DNA of 62,954 bases, filler included, from Globobulimina sp. (Eukaryota), in assembly GCA_003354225.1 (NCBI GenBank). It is 56 parts of 56 records of this genome, joined end to end, with 100 filler letters (N's around TTAATTAATTAA, not from the genome) between each part and the next. Parts side by side here need not be neighbours in the genome. Positions count along the whole stretch, not along the records: positions 61,930 to 62,954 come from PIVH01025487.1; 55 more parts are not named here. One strand, given 5' to 3'. Position 1 is the stretch's first letter; the number at the start of each line of letters is the position of its first letter. The position numbers and the translations under genes are program-made. The notes beneath the pieces were generated by a model. It was not told where the DNA came from. It worked only from the letters and a program-made list of their open reading frames with translations, and ran no database searches. Shown piece after piece: positions 62,361 through 62,954 of this stretch.

Positions 62361-62954
62361 TTAAACAGACAGAGTCACCAACTCACCATACATATATATA
62401 TTTACTACATCCTCCATATCAGAAACCCGCACTTCTCTGCCAGTTTCACGCAAAAACGTTTCCCACAGTTTTGATTGGTTACGATTCATTGTAACAGATT
62501 GTAATCCAATGCTATTCTCAAATTCTAATTGATTTGGCGATGTAATCCCTGAATTAACAATGATAAGCTTTTGTAATGTTTTGGGTATGTTTACCAGTCT
62601 TGTTACATATTTACATCCTTTCATATAAAAGTACTTTGCCATTGTAAGAGTAGCATTGTATGCCTTGAAATCAATAACTCCTTCAATTGGATTATTGGAA
62701 ATATCAACATACTGCAAAGCGAATGGCAGACCAAATGTTTCCTCATCTAACCGCGTAAACTTATTATTAGCAATGTATAAATCAGTAATACCATCAAATA
62801 AAAACTTTTGTAATGAATCTAAATTATTATCTCCTAAACCAACGCAAAAAAATGCTGGAATTTCAAATGCATTGTCAGCAATTTCCAAATATTGCAACAC
62901 CTCTTGATTTAAATACGGTAACTTGTTTAATTCTAAATAATCCCCACCGATCTT
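62361..62954 (-). CDS. Leucine-rich repeat protein, 5' partial
   Basis: LQYLEIADN.F, ITDLYIANN.F, LQYVDISNNPI, LQKLII. Confidence 0.75.
   Translation of the reverse strand, partial: KIGGDYLELNKLPYLNQEVLQYLEIADNAFEIPAFFCVGLGDNNLDSLQKFLFDGITDLYIANNKFTRLDEETFGLPFALQYVDISNNPIEGVIDFKAYNATLTMAKYFYMKGCKYVTRLVNIPKTLQKLIIVNSGITSPNQLEFENSIGLQSVTMNRNQSKLWETFLRETGREVRVSDMEDVVNIYMYGELVTLSV

Noticed and set aside
62110-62364. Convergent ORF sharing a TTAA stop overlap with the LRR gene
   Set aside because: The plus-strand ORF is short and has no supporting motif.

Overview
This window is not contiguous DNA. It is a pseudomolecule of 56 unrelated short contigs (1025-1027 bp, ordered by decreasing length) joined by 100-bp spacers (44 N + TTAATTAATTAA + 44 N, stops in all six frames), so adjacency across spacers has no biological meaning and most genes are truncated. 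Most contigs come from an AT-rich eukaryote using the standard code, with tiny GT-AG introns (53-73 nt in those I could phase) and very short intergenic distances. The gene mix (SPRY, RCC1, MATH, TM-RGS, class C GPCR, VIT/vWA, CSN5, PCNA) is most consistent with a foraminiferan or other rhizarian; that assignment is inference. About four contigs look bacterial (YD-like repeat protein, flavin oxidoreductase, ygbA, and a beta-barrel enzyme with an AGGAGG RBS). Mobile DNA is diverse: a Gypsy integrase, an LTR nested in a gag zinc knuckle, a Penelope-like RT, a DIRS-like tyrosine recombinase and a LINE 3' end. The best candidate for an undescribed system is a shared ~30-aa N-terminal module (L[LI]VxGY[IV]R...[IL][PH]xxIxx[IL]xxx[FWY][YH]) fused to SPRY or RCC1 domains in three independent contigs, which suggests a lineage-expanded F-box/SOCS-box-like ubiquitin ligase adaptor family.
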